Below are positions 9,560 to 19,365 of a stretch of 39,903 bases of DNA, piece by piece. Each line of letters opens with the position of its first letter. The first letter of the stretch is position 1. Made by a program: the position numbers and the translations under genes. This DNA is from Methanoregula sp. (lineage in GTDB: Archaea > Halobacteriota > Methanomicrobia > Methanomicrobiales > Methanospirillaceae), in assembly GCA_035622795.1 (NCBI GenBank), contig DASPUR010000076.1, positions 1-39,903 on the forward strand, in the 5' to 3' direction. Under the pieces are notes generated by a model. That model saw only the letters and a list, made by a program, of their open reading frames with translations. It did not search any database and had not been told where the DNA came from.

Positions 9560-10561
9560 ATGGATGAGGATTTTCTGAAAAAGGTTATTCATGGGGGAAA
9601 AGGGAAGAGCCGGCAGGAAAAAACCCACAAACCGGTGCTTGACTTCAGCGCGAGCTTGAACCCGTTCCCTCCCCGGATCTCCTGGGATTGTGATCCCTCT
9701 GATCTCGGGAGATATCCCGATGATTCGTACGATGAACTTAAGGAAGTGATTGCCCGGTCCTATAACCGGGACCCCGCTGAAGTCTGCGTGGGCAACGGAT
9801 CGATTGAGCTGATCCGGGTCTTCTGTTCTGTTGTTTTCAGAAAAAAAGGTGCGACCTTTTTTCTGACTGCGCCAACGTTCGGCGAATATGCGTTGTCTGC
9901 CCGGCTTGCCGGAGCATCACCCGCAGAGGATGAATCCGGAGCAGATGTGCATTTCGTCTGCAACCCGAACAATCCTACCGGTCTCCTCTCTTCAAAGGAA
10001 ACACTGCTGGAATATCTTGAAGGCGGGAAATCGCACGAAACCCTCCTTTTCTGCGATGAGGCGTTTATCGATCTCTCGGATCCGCGGCAGAGTCTTTCCG
10101 CTATCAGGGATCCCCATCTCTTTGTCCTCCAGTCCCTTACGAAAAGTTTCGCTGTCCCGGGGATCCGGTTCGGGTTCGGGTTTGCTGACCCGGAGCTTGC
10201 GGAAAAAATCGAAGTCGCCCGTCCCCCGTGGAGCGTGAACGCCTACGCTGAGGCATTCGCCCGCGCCGCAATACCCAGCCGGAAGGATCTCGAAGAATCG
10301 AGAAGGCTGATCGCGAAGGAACGGCAATGGCTTACCGGCGAACTTTCCGTTCTGGGATTCTCCCCCTGCACGTCGGAGGCAAACTATGTACTCTCCCGGT
10401 ACCCGGAAATTGTCGGTCCCCTCTGTGAAAAACTGGCCGGTTCGGATATACTCGTGCGGGACTGCGCCTCCTTCGGCCTTCCGGACTGCATCCGCGTCGC
10501 TGTCAGGACCCGTGAAGAGAACCGGATCCTTGTGGAGGTGATCCGCTCGTGCTTGCCCTGA
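9560..10561 (+). CDS. cobD: L-threonine-O-3-phosphate decarboxylase (HisC-like PLP enzyme)
   Basis: HGG, DFSASLNP, GNGSIELI, CNPNNPTG, DEAFIDL, SLTKSFAVPGIRFG; overlaps a cobY-like gene. Confidence 0.8.
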   Translation: MDEDFLKKVIHGGKGKSRQEKTHKPVLDFSASLNPFPPRISWDCDPSDLGRYPDDSYDELKEVIARSYNRDPAEVCVGNGSIELIRVFCSVVFRKKGATFFLTAPTFGEYALSARLAGASPAEDESGADVHFVCNPNNPTGLLSSKETLLEYLEGGKSHETLLFCDEAFIDLSDPRQSLSAIRDPHLFVLQSLTKSFAVPGIRFGFGFADPELAEKIEVARPPWSVNAYAEAFARAAIPSRKDLEESRRLIAKERQWLTGELSVLGFSPCTSEANYVLSRYPEIVGPLCEKLAGSDILVRDCASFGLPDCIRVAVRTREENRILVEVIRSCLP

Positions 10562-11151
10562 TCATGGCAGGGGGGGCGGGGATGAGACTCATGTCAGGGG
10601 AAAAACCCCTGGTCCCCGTCAACGACCGTCCCATGATCGCGTGGGTCACCGGTGCGTTCGGGGCAGCAGGCTGCGATCCGGTTGTCGTAATAACCTCGCG
10701 GACCCCCCTGACCGGCGCCTGGTGCAGGGAGCATGGAATACGGGTCCTTCCTGCAGCGGGAAAAGGATATGTCGAGGATATGGTTGAAGCCGTGCAGGCG
10801 CTCGGGGAAAAGGATCCTCTCTTCATCAGCGTCTCAGATCTCCCCTGCCTGGGGCCTCAGGTTATCCGGAAGATCCGGGGAGTGTACCGGAAATCCGAAA
10901 AAGATGCATGCTCGGTCTGGGTCCCGGAAACCCTCCTGAATACCACCCGCGACAGTATGCCCTATTGCGAGACTGTCGACGGCGTTATCGCCTGTCCCGC
11001 CGGGATCAATATCCTCCGCGGGGACCGCATCGGATCTCCCCAGGACGAACTGAAGCTCCTCATCCGGGACCGCGGGCTTGCTTTTAATGTTAATACAAGG
11101 GAAGACGGCAGCCGGGCTGAAGAATACCTGAAAAAACACCCGGCCGGCTAA
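10549..11151 (+). CDS. cobY: adenosylcobinamide-phosphate guanylyltransferase (NTP transferase)
   Basis: ALIMAGGxGxR...EKPL, GKGYVEDM, SDLP, PAGINIL, NVNT. Confidence 0.82.
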   Translation: MLALIMAGGAGMRLMSGEKPLVPVNDRPMIAWVTGAFGAAGCDPVVVITSRTPLTGAWCREHGIRVLPAAGKGYVEDMVEAVQALGEKDPLFISVSDLPCLGPQVIRKIRGVYRKSEKDACSVWVPETLLNTTRDSMPYCETVDGVIACPAGINILRGDRIGSPQDELKLLIRDRGLAFNVNTREDGSRAEEYLKKHPAG

Positions 11152-11439
11152 ACCGTCGGTTTTTGATCCCCGCCTCATGGATTGCGGTGAAGAAGGCACT
11201 GCGATCGCAAACGCCACCTTTTCAGCCACCGATCCCGGTAAAACCGGGACCTGTATGCTGGTCATCCCACTAATCCGGTAATAAATATCGGATGCCTCCG
11301 AAAGATAAAAAAGTTCCTGGCCTGTCTCTTAACCTGTTGAATTATCCGCCAATCTGTGCCCCTGCACCTGAAATACGTTCAAATTGGTCATATCCTGGAG
11401 GAACGAATATTAAGATCCATAGCCCATAATCACTATATC

Positions 11440-12687
11440 ATGGCAGAATCCCGGGAGATCGAACTGCAGGGCCACATCATCGACTCCGGTATCATGACCC
11501 AGCTCTTCGACCGGGTCATGGATATGGGCGGCAACTTCGAGATCCTCACCTTCGATATCGGCAAGAAAAAGACCGACCCCAGCTATGCAAGGCTCCGCAT
11601 CGTGGCTCCCGACCGGAAGAAACTCGAATCGATTCTGTCGGAACTCCATCGGCTCGGTGCACGTCCGCTCGAGGTCATGGACGTCCGGCTCGAGAAGGCC
11701 GAAGACGACCGGATAGCCCCCAAGGGATTCTACACGACCACAAACCACCCGACGCAGGTGAAATACTGCGGGGAATGGCTGCCGGTTTCAGGGATAGAGA
11801 TGGATTTCCTTATCGTGGTCGATACCCTGAACCGAAGGGCAGAATGCAGGGCCCTGGGAAAGATCCGGAAGGGGGACCAGGTCGTTGTCGGGGAGCAGGG
11901 AGTCGGCGTGAGCTACCCGGAGCGGCCAAGGGAACAGAGCAACTTCGAATTCATGCATGGGACCATCTCCCCGGAGCGCCCGAGCGAAACCCTGATCGCG
12001 AAGATCGCGAAGGAGATTCTCGAAGTCCACAACAAAGGGGGCAGGATAGCGGTTGTCGGGGGCCCGGCAATCATCCATACCGGTGCGGACAAGGCGCTCG
12101 CGGGAATGATCCACAAGGGCTACATCGATATGCTCTTTGCGGGTAACGCACTGGCAACGCACGATATCGAGTACAATCTCTACGGTACTTCGCTCGGCAT
12201 GGACATCTCCACCGGGAAACCGGTCATGGGAGGCCACCGGCATCACCTCTACGCCATCAGTGAGATCATGAGAGCCGGATCGATCCGGCAGGCGGTCGAG
12301 AAACGCGTTGTCAAAAGCGGGATAATGTACGAGTGCGTGACGCATAATGTCCCTTACGTTCTCGCAGGCTCGATCCGGGACGACGGCCCCCTCCCGGATG
12401 TAATTACCGACGTGATGGAGGCCCAGGACGCGATGCGGCGTGAGATCGCGGCCGGGTGCGACATGGTACTGATGATTGCCACGCTGCTCCACTCCGTTGC
12501 GGTAGGGAACTGCCTCCCTTCAAAGATAAAGACCGTGTGCGTAGACATCAACCCTGCATCGCTCACCAAGCTGATGGACCGGGGGACGATGCAGGCGATC
12601 GGGATCGTCTCGGATGCGGGGACCTTCCTGCCCCTGCTTGCAAAACAGCTCGATATCCAGAGCGGCAGGAAGGACAAATCCTGCTGA
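11440..12687 (+). CDS. TIGR00300 family protein (ornithine cyclodeaminase-like, LOR/SDH-related)
   Basis: ELQGHIIDSG, GFYTTTNHPT, EMD, GPAIIHTG, AGNALATHDIE, LAGSIRDDGPLPD, LHSVAVGN, KLMDRG. Start trimmed to ATG 11440. Confidence 0.85.
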   Translation: MAESREIELQGHIIDSGIMTQLFDRVMDMGGNFEILTFDIGKKKTDPSYARLRIVAPDRKKLESILSELHRLGARPLEVMDVRLEKAEDDRIAPKGFYTTTNHPTQVKYCGEWLPVSGIEMDFLIVVDTLNRRAECRALGKIRKGDQVVVGEQGVGVSYPERPREQSNFEFMHGTISPERPSETLIAKIAKEILEVHNKGGRIAVVGGPAIIHTGADKALAGMIHKGYIDMLFAGNALATHDIEYNLYGTSLGMDISTGKPVMGGHRHHLYAISEIMRAGSIRQAVEKRVVKSGIMYECVTHNVPYVLAGSIRDDGPLPDVITDVMEAQDAMRREIAAGCDMVLMIATLLHSVAVGNCLPSKIKTVCVDINPASLTKLMDRGTMQAIGIVSDAGTFLPLLAKQLDIQSGRKDKSC

Positions 12688-12691
12688 TTTT

Positions 12692-13678
12692 TTACCGGGT
12701 AAGCGGCATCGCGTAGGGCCGTTCTTCCGAGAGGACAAACGCCCACTCATCCTTACAGCCGCATTCGGTTTCCAGCAGTGCCCCGACCAGTTCCCGGTCG
12801 GCGTTCAGGGAATAGTCCCGGATTCCCTGGACGAGATCATAGTCGCAGGTCCCGCAGTTGTGAGGCCCCCGCTTCTGGCCCCCCCCGAGCGGGTCGCAAA
12901 GGATATGGACCGGGGCTTCCTTCAGCAGTTCAAGGACGCTCCAGAGGTACGGGGGGCGGTACGCACCGCGCTTCCAGTAACCCTCGAGTTCCGTGTTCCG
13001 CTGGACGGTGCAGGGGTTCATGGAGATCAGCTCTGCGTGATCGGCCGCGTCCCTCATGGACGCACGCATATCGTCCATGGCCTCCTTCTCGGTCAGGAAA
13101 AGGGGCTTGAAGAGAAGGTATGCTTTTACTCCTGCCCCCGCCGCGTGCGCGGCCCGTGCAGCGTCGGTAAAATCGCGGAACCGGAACCCTTTGTCGATAC
13201 TCCGGGAACGGATCGCGTCGTTACTCGTCTCGAGGCCGATAGCACAATAGAGAGGGATCTCTGTCCTGCCGGTGCCGGCAGTTCCGATGAAATCCCGGAG
13301 CACCTCCTCATTTACAAATTCCGGGCGTGTCTCCGCGATGATCACCTTCCCCCGGAAGGTTTCCGCAATTTCAGCGACAAACGCGGGGGGGACTTCCGCA
13401 GGATCGAAGAAACTGCCCGAGGTAAAAATCTTTACCAGTTCAATGGTATCCGGCGGATACTGATCCAGGACGTATGCGAGCTGGGCACGGAGATGCGTTG
13501 CGAGAGATTCCACCGACTGCCTGGTGACATACCGCTCGTGCCGGTAACTGCACATCCTGCACCGGGACCAGGAGCAGCCTGCACTCCGGAAGATTATGGT
13601 AAGGGACGGGAGGATGCGGTCGCCGAGGCGCTCGGTCCCCTTCCAGGCCGCAATCGGTCTTTCCAAATCAGAAATCAT
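12692..13678 (-). CDS. archaeosine biosynthesis radical SAM protein RaSEA (TIGR01210-like)
   Basis: GCSWSRCRMCSY cluster motif, VKIFTSGSFFD, ETRPEF, GLETSND, YRPPYLWS, RGPHNCGTCD. Start trimmed to ATG 13678. Confidence 0.85.
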   Translation of the reverse strand: MISDLERPIAAWKGTERLGDRILPSLTIIFRSAGCSWSRCRMCSYRHERYVTRQSVESLATHLRAQLAYVLDQYPPDTIELVKIFTSGSFFDPAEVPPAFVAEIAETFRGKVIIAETRPEFVNEEVLRDFIGTAGTGRTEIPLYCAIGLETSNDAIRSRSIDKGFRFRDFTDAARAAHAAGAGVKAYLLFKPLFLTEKEAMDDMRASMRDAADHAELISMNPCTVQRNTELEGYWKRGAYRPPYLWSVLELLKEAPVHILCDPLGGGQKRGPHNCGTCDYDLVQGIRDYSLNADRELVGALLETECGCKDEWAFVLSEERPYAMPLTR

Positions 13679-13808
13679 TAACACCAGACTAGTTGATCCT
13701 ATAATGATGTTAAAATCATGGTCGCTTATCTGCAAAGCGCTCCCATTCTATCTGGCAATACCTGAAAAAACAACCAACCCTAAAAAATCAGCGGGCGTGT
13801 AAATCTCG

Positions 13809-14597
13809 ATGCATAGATCTGTCCTGTTTGTTCTGGGACTCCTTATTCTGATACCCTGTGCGGCGGCGTATACCGTAGTGATTGAGGCACCCGATTCGCT
13901 CTCGGTGGGCAAACCGCTCGTGGTGACCGGTACGACGACGTTCGGGATCGGGACCCCGATCGATGTCGTCCTGTACCACCAGCTCACGATATCGACCGAG
14001 ATCCAGCGCAACGTTGTTTACATCCAGTCGGACCGCACGTTCCGGACTGTCTTCGACACCACCGGCCTTCAGACGGGGACCTACAAGGTCGAGGTTCCGG
14101 CTAACGGGGATGGCGAGTCGGTCACCGCCCGGGTTGTCCAGCTCATCGATCGTTCCGACGAGATCTTTCTCTCCTCATCGGCAACCCAGAACTTTAAGAA
14201 CACGATGTACGTTGCAGGGACGATAAAAGGCGATGAAAATTCAGGTGTTCAGCTCGAAGTCCTCGGGCCGGACGGCTCTGTTGTCTTCGGACCAAAATAC
14301 GTGAATACCAACGACAAAGGCGATTTTTCAGCGGATGTCCCGGTAACAGCCCCCGGCGATTACGAAATTTCCTTTACCGACGCGGCCGGTTATATCGGCT
14401 CGAGGACAATCACCATCCTGGGCATAGCGAATACCCCGCCTGCCACCACGGGAACACTACCCGGCCCGGCCGGAACGGTCCCGTCCACTGCGACCAGCGA
14501 AAGTACTCCAACGGCAACCCAGGCATCCCTTCCCTCCTACCTGCCCGGGATTGCGGCAGCAGGCGCAGCACTGGCAGCTGTTCTCCGGCGATGGTGA
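13809..14597 (+). CDS. putative cell-surface protein with C-terminal anchor
   Basis: Signal peptide, two Ig-like beta-rich repeats, Thr/Pro-rich linker, C-terminal hydrophobic helix ending in RRW. Confidence 0.8.
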   Translation: MHRSVLFVLGLLILIPCAAAYTVVIEAPDSLSVGKPLVVTGTTTFGIGTPIDVVLYHQLTISTEIQRNVVYIQSDRTFRTVFDTTGLQTGTYKVEVPANGDGESVTARVVQLIDRSDEIFLSSSATQNFKNTMYVAGTIKGDENSGVQLEVLGPDGSVVFGPKYVNTNDKGDFSADVPVTAPGDYEISFTDAAGYIGSRTITILGIANTPPATTGTLPGPAGTVPSTATSESTPTATQASLPSYLPGIAAAGAALAAVLRRW

Positions 14598-14654
14598 TTT
14601 CTCCTCTCGTGAAAGAAGCATTTTTCATATGCGCCACCCAACATATGCAGCATT

Positions 14655-14739
14655 GCCGGGGTAGTCTAGTCCGGGAAGGCGGTAGCCTTGAAAGCTACTG
14701 GTGCCCTGCACCTCAAGAGTTCAAATCTCTTCCCCGGCG
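14655..14739 (+). tRNA. tRNA-Ser (anticodon UGA)
   Basis: Acceptor GCCGGGG/CCCCGGC plus G discriminator; anticodon arm GTAGC-CTTGAAA-GCTAC (TGA at 14689-14691); long variable arm GGTG..CACC; T arm AAGAG-TTCAAAT-CTCTT. CCA not encoded. Confidence 0.96.
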
Positions 14740-14905
14740 TAACGGAAATATTTTCAGCTTCTTTTTTGATCTCCCTGCTCTTTCCCCCTGGCTGTACCGG
14801 AGGACCCTTCCCGGCGCACATCCCTGCCCGGTAACCGAAGAAGCGTATCCATCACTGTTTTTATGTGGAGGGAAATCCCATTCTCTAAAGATAGAGGAAG
14901 ACCCC

Positions 14906-15130
14906 ATGTGTGTTGCAGTCCCCGCAGAAGTACTGGAGATACGGGATGGAAATATCGGGCTGGTCGATTACGGCGAGCTTAAGCAGGAGGTCCGGCTCGA
15001 TCTTGTCGATGTGAAGATCGGTGAATTCGTCCTCGTCCATGTCGGCTTTGCGATCCAGCGCCTTTCCCGCGAGGAAGGTCTCGAGACCCGGGAGATCTTC
15101 CGGCAGGTATATGCCGCCATGGAGGAGTGA
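14906..15130 (+). CDS. hypC: [NiFe]-hydrogenase maturation chaperone HypC
   Basis: MCVAVPAEV N-terminal Cys and VLVHVGFAI; GAGG RBS before ATG 14906. Confidence 0.94.
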   Translation: MCVAVPAEVLEIRDGNIGLVDYGELKQEVRLDLVDVKIGEFVLVHVGFAIQRLSREEGLETREIFRQVYAAMEE

Positions 15131-15468
15131 TGCACGAGTACGGGATTGCGTACGACCTTTATGCTACCGCCCGCAAGGCAGCCCTCGAGAATCACGCGAG
15201 GGAAGTAAAAAAGATCAGCGTTGAAGTCGGCAGGATGGCAATGGTCAATCCCGAACAGGTCGTATTTTTGTTCGACACGATCAAAGAGGACGACCCTCTC
15301 TTCAACCGGTCGGTCCTCAGCTGCGAAGAAGTCGCACCGGAAACGCAGTGCATCTGCGGGTACCGGGGGGATGAAGTTTTTGTCTGCCCACGGTGCGGGG
15401 CGCTTCCGGACCTGGTCAGGGGCCGGGAGATCGTGGTCACGAACATAGAGATCGAAGTGGATGACTAA
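15127..15468 (+). CDS. hypA: hydrogenase nickel chaperone HypA
   Basis: MHE nickel-binding start, Zn motifs CxC and CPRCG, GRE. Confidence 0.92.
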   Translation: MMHEYGIAYDLYATARKAALENHAREVKKISVEVGRMAMVNPEQVVFLFDTIKEDDPLFNRSVLSCEEVAPETQCICGYRGDEVFVCPRCGALPDLVRGREIVVTNIEIEVDD

Positions 15469-16468
15469 AACCATGAAAGTAACCATGATGCACGGAGCCG
15501 GTGGTGAAGTGATGGGAGAACTCCTCTCAACGCTCACGAAATTCCGGCACAACAATGCGGGGGGGATCGGCCTTGAGGCGATGGATGACGGCGCGGTTAT
15601 CCCGTTCTGCGGCGAGAACCTTGTCTTCACGACCGATTCCCATATCGTCCGGCCCATCTTCTTCCCGGGCGGCGACATCGGCAGGATCTCGGTCTCCGGC
15701 ACAGTCAACGACCTTGCCATGATGGGGGGGCGCCCTATTGCCCTTTCGTGCGGGATGATCATAGAAGAAGGATTTGAGACCGATGATCTCGCAAGGATCG
15801 TCTCTTCGATGGACGAAGCCCTGGGAGAGGCGGGTGCAAACCTCGTTACCGGCGACACCAAGGTGATGGAGCGCGGGGCGCTCGACGGCATCGCGATCAA
15901 CACCGCGGGGATCGGGGTCGCCCGGACGGTCGTCCGGGACAACGGCCTTGTCCCCGGGGATGTCATCATCGTATCCGGGACACTCGGGGACCACGGGATC
16001 GCTATCATGGCGCACCGCGAGGGCTTCGATCTCGGCGAACAGATCCGTTCGGATGTCGCCCCGCTCTGGGGTATGGTTGAGCTTGCTCTCGGTGCCGGGA
16101 CTATCCACGCGATGAAGGACCCGACCCGTGGTGGTTTTGCGAGCGCGATCAACGAGATGGCGAGAAAAAGCGGCGTGTGCGTCAGGATCCGGGAAGAAGA
16201 CCTGCCTTTCAAAAAGAGCGTGAAGAGTGCCGCGGGCATGCTCGGGATCGACCCGCTCGAGGTGGCAAACGAGGGTAAGGCAGTCCTCGGGGTACCTGCA
16301 GACCAGGCTGAAGCCATCCTGTCGGCCCTCCGGTCCCATACGTACGGCCGGGACGCAGCCATCGTAGGGCGCGTGGTGCAGGGCGCCCACGTGATCATGG
16401 AGACAAAGATAGGCGGGGAACGGTATATCGAACCTCCGATGGGCGATCCGGTCCCCCGGGTCTGCTGA
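15461..16468 (+). CDS. hypE: hydrogenase maturation protein HypE
   Basis: HGAGG, FTTDSH, GTVNDLAM, GDTKV, DPTRGG, ANEG, C-terminal PRVC. Confidence 0.96.
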   Translation: MTKTMKVTMMHGAGGEVMGELLSTLTKFRHNNAGGIGLEAMDDGAVIPFCGENLVFTTDSHIVRPIFFPGGDIGRISVSGTVNDLAMMGGRPIALSCGMIIEEGFETDDLARIVSSMDEALGEAGANLVTGDTKVMERGALDGIAINTAGIGVARTVVRDNGLVPGDVIIVSGTLGDHGIAIMAHREGFDLGEQIRSDVAPLWGMVELALGAGTIHAMKDPTRGGFASAINEMARKSGVCVRIREEDLPFKKSVKSAAGMLGIDPLEVANEGKAVLGVPADQAEAILSALRSHTYGRDAAIVGRVVQGAHVIMETKIGGERYIEPPMGDPVPRVC

Positions 16469-16529
16469 TTTTTCTTTTCCACCGGTTGAAGGAAATTGAA
16501 CGACTTTACGCCAGTCCTGCAATCATAAG

Positions 16530-17879
16530 CTAGTGGTTGCTTTCGATAAGGGTGGGCACGATCCGGAAGTCCCCTTTCGGCGCATGGATAACAAACCTTG
16601 CACCCTTCCCCGGTACGCCGTCTTCCCGTATGGTTAGCCCGGTAATTGCAAGGATCTCCCGGCTCAGAAATAGGCCGAAACCGGTATTCTTGAAATATTC
16701 TCTCCGGAAAATCTTCTCCTTACCCTCCACCGGGATTCCGACCCCGTCATCCTCGATGAGAAGGTCGACGCCGTCATCGCTCTCGTGGTCGGTGATCAGG
16801 ATCTTCGTTGCTTTCTCCGAATGCCGGATCGAGTTCTCGATAAGATTATAAAAGACTTTTTCAAGGAGGGGATCGGCATAAATCTCGATAGGCCTGATGT
16901 TCATCGCGACCTGGACGTGATGCAGGTCAATCGTGGCCATTGAGAGGGAAATGGTCTGTGCAATATTATGCCACTCGGGAGAGTGGACCCCGATATTCTG
17001 GTAATCACGGGTGAAGAGGATCTGTGTCTTGATCGCCTCTGCCGCCTGTTCTTCCTTCGCGATGAAGTTCAGGACCTTTGGATCGGTTACCGCCTCGCGC
17101 GAGAGCTGGATATACCCGAGAAGCGCGGTGAGCTGGTTGAGGACATCGTGCCGGGTGACGTTATTCAAGAGGTTTAGTTTTTTGTTCGCCTGCGAAAGCG
17201 CGTCCTGGGCGATGCGGTGATCGGTGATGTCGACCGCGGTACAGATGACCGCCGGGGATTCGGTCTCGATCGCGGATATGAGCATCCAGCGGGTATTTCC
17301 TCCAGCGTCCCGGATCCCCGCTTCTATATTCCCGACCCGCCGGAGGTCCCGGAGTTTTGCGAGGAACTGCTCCCGCTCGGTAACGTCGGGTACGATCTGG
17401 GTGAGGTTCTTCCCGATGAGATTTTCGCGCTTGTATCCCAGAATCTCAGCGAATTTCCGGTTTGCATCGGTGATCTCCAGGGTCGCCTTGGCAAAGCTGA
17501 AGGCCCCGGCCTGGGAATTGTAGTACGCCGCACAGTTCTTCTCACCCTCCTGGGAGTAGCACTGCGAGTACATCGAGAGGAGTATTCCGAGCGAGACGAA
17601 GATGTAGAACCAGACCGTGGCAAGGAAGTACAGGCGCGATTCCGGAAGGCCCATGACAAAGACGATGGCAAGATAGATCCAGCCGATTAGGACCGTGCTG
17701 TAAATGCCCCATTTCGGGCGAGAATATGCCACGAACACGATCGGGACAAGGTAGAAATAGGGAAATACGTCGTATATGCCGTTCCTGAGACTGATATAGG
17801 TAACGGCGACAGCCGCTGCAAGGCTGACGAGCGTGCAGAGGTCGAAGATCCATCGCTTCTCCGATGAGAACGGTCGCAT
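16530..17879 (-). CDS. membrane-bound PAS sensor histidine kinase
   Basis: About 4 N-terminal TM helices, PAS, H-box TRHDVLNQL, NLIENSIRH, DDGVGI, TGFGLFL. Start set at ATG 17879 after GAGGGAGG. Confidence 0.92.
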   Translation of the reverse strand: MRPFSSEKRWIFDLCTLVSLAAAVAVTYISLRNGIYDVFPYFYLVPIVFVAYSRPKWGIYSTVLIGWIYLAIVFVMGLPESRLYFLATVWFYIFVSLGILLSMYSQCYSQEGEKNCAAYYNSQAGAFSFAKATLEITDANRKFAEILGYKRENLIGKNLTQIVPDVTEREQFLAKLRDLRRVGNIEAGIRDAGGNTRWMLISAIETESPAVICTAVDITDHRIAQDALSQANKKLNLLNNVTRHDVLNQLTALLGYIQLSREAVTDPKVLNFIAKEEQAAEAIKTQILFTRDYQNIGVHSPEWHNIAQTISLSMATIDLHHVQVAMNIRPIEIYADPLLEKVFYNLIENSIRHSEKATKILITDHESDDGVDLLIEDDGVGIPVEGKEKIFRREYFKNTGFGLFLSREILAITGLTIREDGVPGKGARFVIHAPKGDFRIVPTLIESNH

Positions 17880-18013
17880 TCCTCCCTCACGGCACCTCGC
17901 GAATCCCATAGTAGAAGAAATGCGATCCTCCCTGATAAAGGTATATAATCCAAGAATTTCCCGTAATTACCGGACCGGGAGGAAAGACGGGTCGTTCCCT
18001 CCCCCGAAAATGC

Positions 18014-18577
18014 CTATTCCCTGATATAGTTCATGAGCAGCCCGAGAGCCTCGGTCTCCCGGGGCCCGCCGCATTTCCGGACAATGACGGAGTGGTAGTC
18101 TATGAGCCTGAGCAGTTCGGGGTCCCGGGTCAGGACATACCGCGTTGCATGAACGGTCGCATCGATGATGCTGTTGAACCCCCGGTTGACCGGGCGGATG
18201 CGGGACTGTATCTCGCACTCTTTTTCCACCCGGAGCCCGACCCGGGTCGCCGTCTTTGTGGTCCCCGTGATCTTTGCGGAAAAAGCGATCCAGGCTTCGG
18301 CAGGGACAAGCCGCTGCATAGTTATCCCGTTCACCACCTCTTCCGCGAACAGCTCCGGGCCCGGGTCCTCAAACGCGGTCATGACATACAGGACCGGGTC
18401 GAAGACAAGGTTTGCGACCACCCACCCGTCTCTCCGGATATTTTCAGCCGTATGGCTCCCGGGATAGAGGGTAAGGGCGTACGTGCCCTTCCTGAACCGG
18501 ATTCCCATGGGGGCCGCGTTCAGCGCCGTAGTAGCGATAACCTCATTGATCCCATCGTTCAGGATTCCCACGACCAT
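18014..18577 (-). CDS. DUF447 family protein
   Basis: EVIATT..NAAPMGI, SHTAEN, NRGFNSIIDATVHATR, IVRKCGG. Confidence 0.85.
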   Translation of the reverse strand: MVVGILNDGINEVIATTALNAAPMGIRFRKGTYALTLYPGSHTAENIRRDGWVVANLVFDPVLYVMTAFEDPGPELFAEEVVNGITMQRLVPAEAWIAFSAKITGTTKTATRVGLRVEKECEIQSRIRPVNRGFNSIIDATVHATRYVLTRDPELLRLIDYHSVIVRKCGGPRETEALGLLMNYIRE

Positions 18578-19365
18578 CCCTCCCCAAGTGCAATAAAAAT
18601 GGCAGCGATCGTGATGTCGGCAATCGAGCCCGGGTTTATCCCCCGTGTGATCAGGTCCGCATCGAGATCTTCGAGCCGCCGCTTTCCTTCGAGGACCAGA
18701 AACGCTTCCTGCATTGTCTGCCTCGCGACTTCGGCCCCGTGCTTCTTTACGATGAACGTATCCGGTTCCGATGCCAGGAGCGAGAGGAACATCTGCACGA
18801 TCGCATCCCTGCCCGGCCCCAGCCGGATAAGAAGATCAGCCCCGCGCCGGGTGAGGGGAAAGCCCATGACCCATTCCCGGGCAACCATATCCCGTTCTGC
18901 GGAATGCTGCATCACATCGAGGAGGCTCATGTCCCGGTCCCGGATCTGCCGGAGAGCACCGGGATCGTTGACATCGAGCTCATCGGAGGGGAGGACCCGG
19001 ACACCGGTCATTGCAAACGCCTTGTAAAACGCGACCGCATCCGTTGAATCGGTCTTCCCTATCGCCTCCATGGCATGCGGGATATCCCCGCCATATACCA
19101 GGGGTATGAGGAGGATGAAGGCCCCGAAATGCGTATTCCCGCCCTTATGGCAGTTGGTGTCCCGTACCGCATGGCCGATGATCTCCCCGATCCTCCCCTT
19201 ACCGCGTTCAGCCTCTTCGAGTGCAGCGCGTACAAAAATAGTGGAAGCAAGGAAGTGTTCGAGCCGGGTATCGGAATAGTCGTGGCACCGGTCCACATTT
19301 CCCGGCTTGGGATATGCGGTCACCTCAAGCATCATCGCCAGCTGGGCACGATCAGCTGCACTCAT
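18559..19365 (-). CDS. citG: CitG-family (triphosphoribosyl-dephospho-CoA synthase-like) archaeal protein
   Basis: LEV..PKPGNVDR, GGNTHFG, DTFIVKKHG, NPGSIAD. Start is 19365 or 19380. Confidence 0.85.
   Translation of the reverse strand: MSAADRAQLAMMLEVTAYPKPGNVDRCHDYSDTRLEHFLASTIFVRAALEEAERGKGRIGEIIGHAVRDTNCHKGGNTHFGAFILLIPLVYGGDIPHAMEAIGKTDSTDAVAFYKAFAMTGVRVLPSDELDVNDPGALRQIRDRDMSLLDVMQHSAERDMVAREWVMGFPLTRRGADLLIRLGPGRDAIVQMFLSLLASEPDTFIVKKHGAEVARQTMQEAFLVLEGKRRLEDLDADLITRGINPGSIADITIAAIFIALGEGWSWES

Noticed and set aside
14655-14739. Selenocysteine or opal-suppressor tRNA
   Set aside because: The anticodon is UGA (reads UCA Ser codons), not UCA, and the acceptor stem is a normal 7 bp.
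14591-14905. N-terminal extension of the hypC ORF (179 aa in the track)
   Set aside because: It runs through tRNA-Ser, and HypC needs Cys at position 2, which gives ATG 14906.
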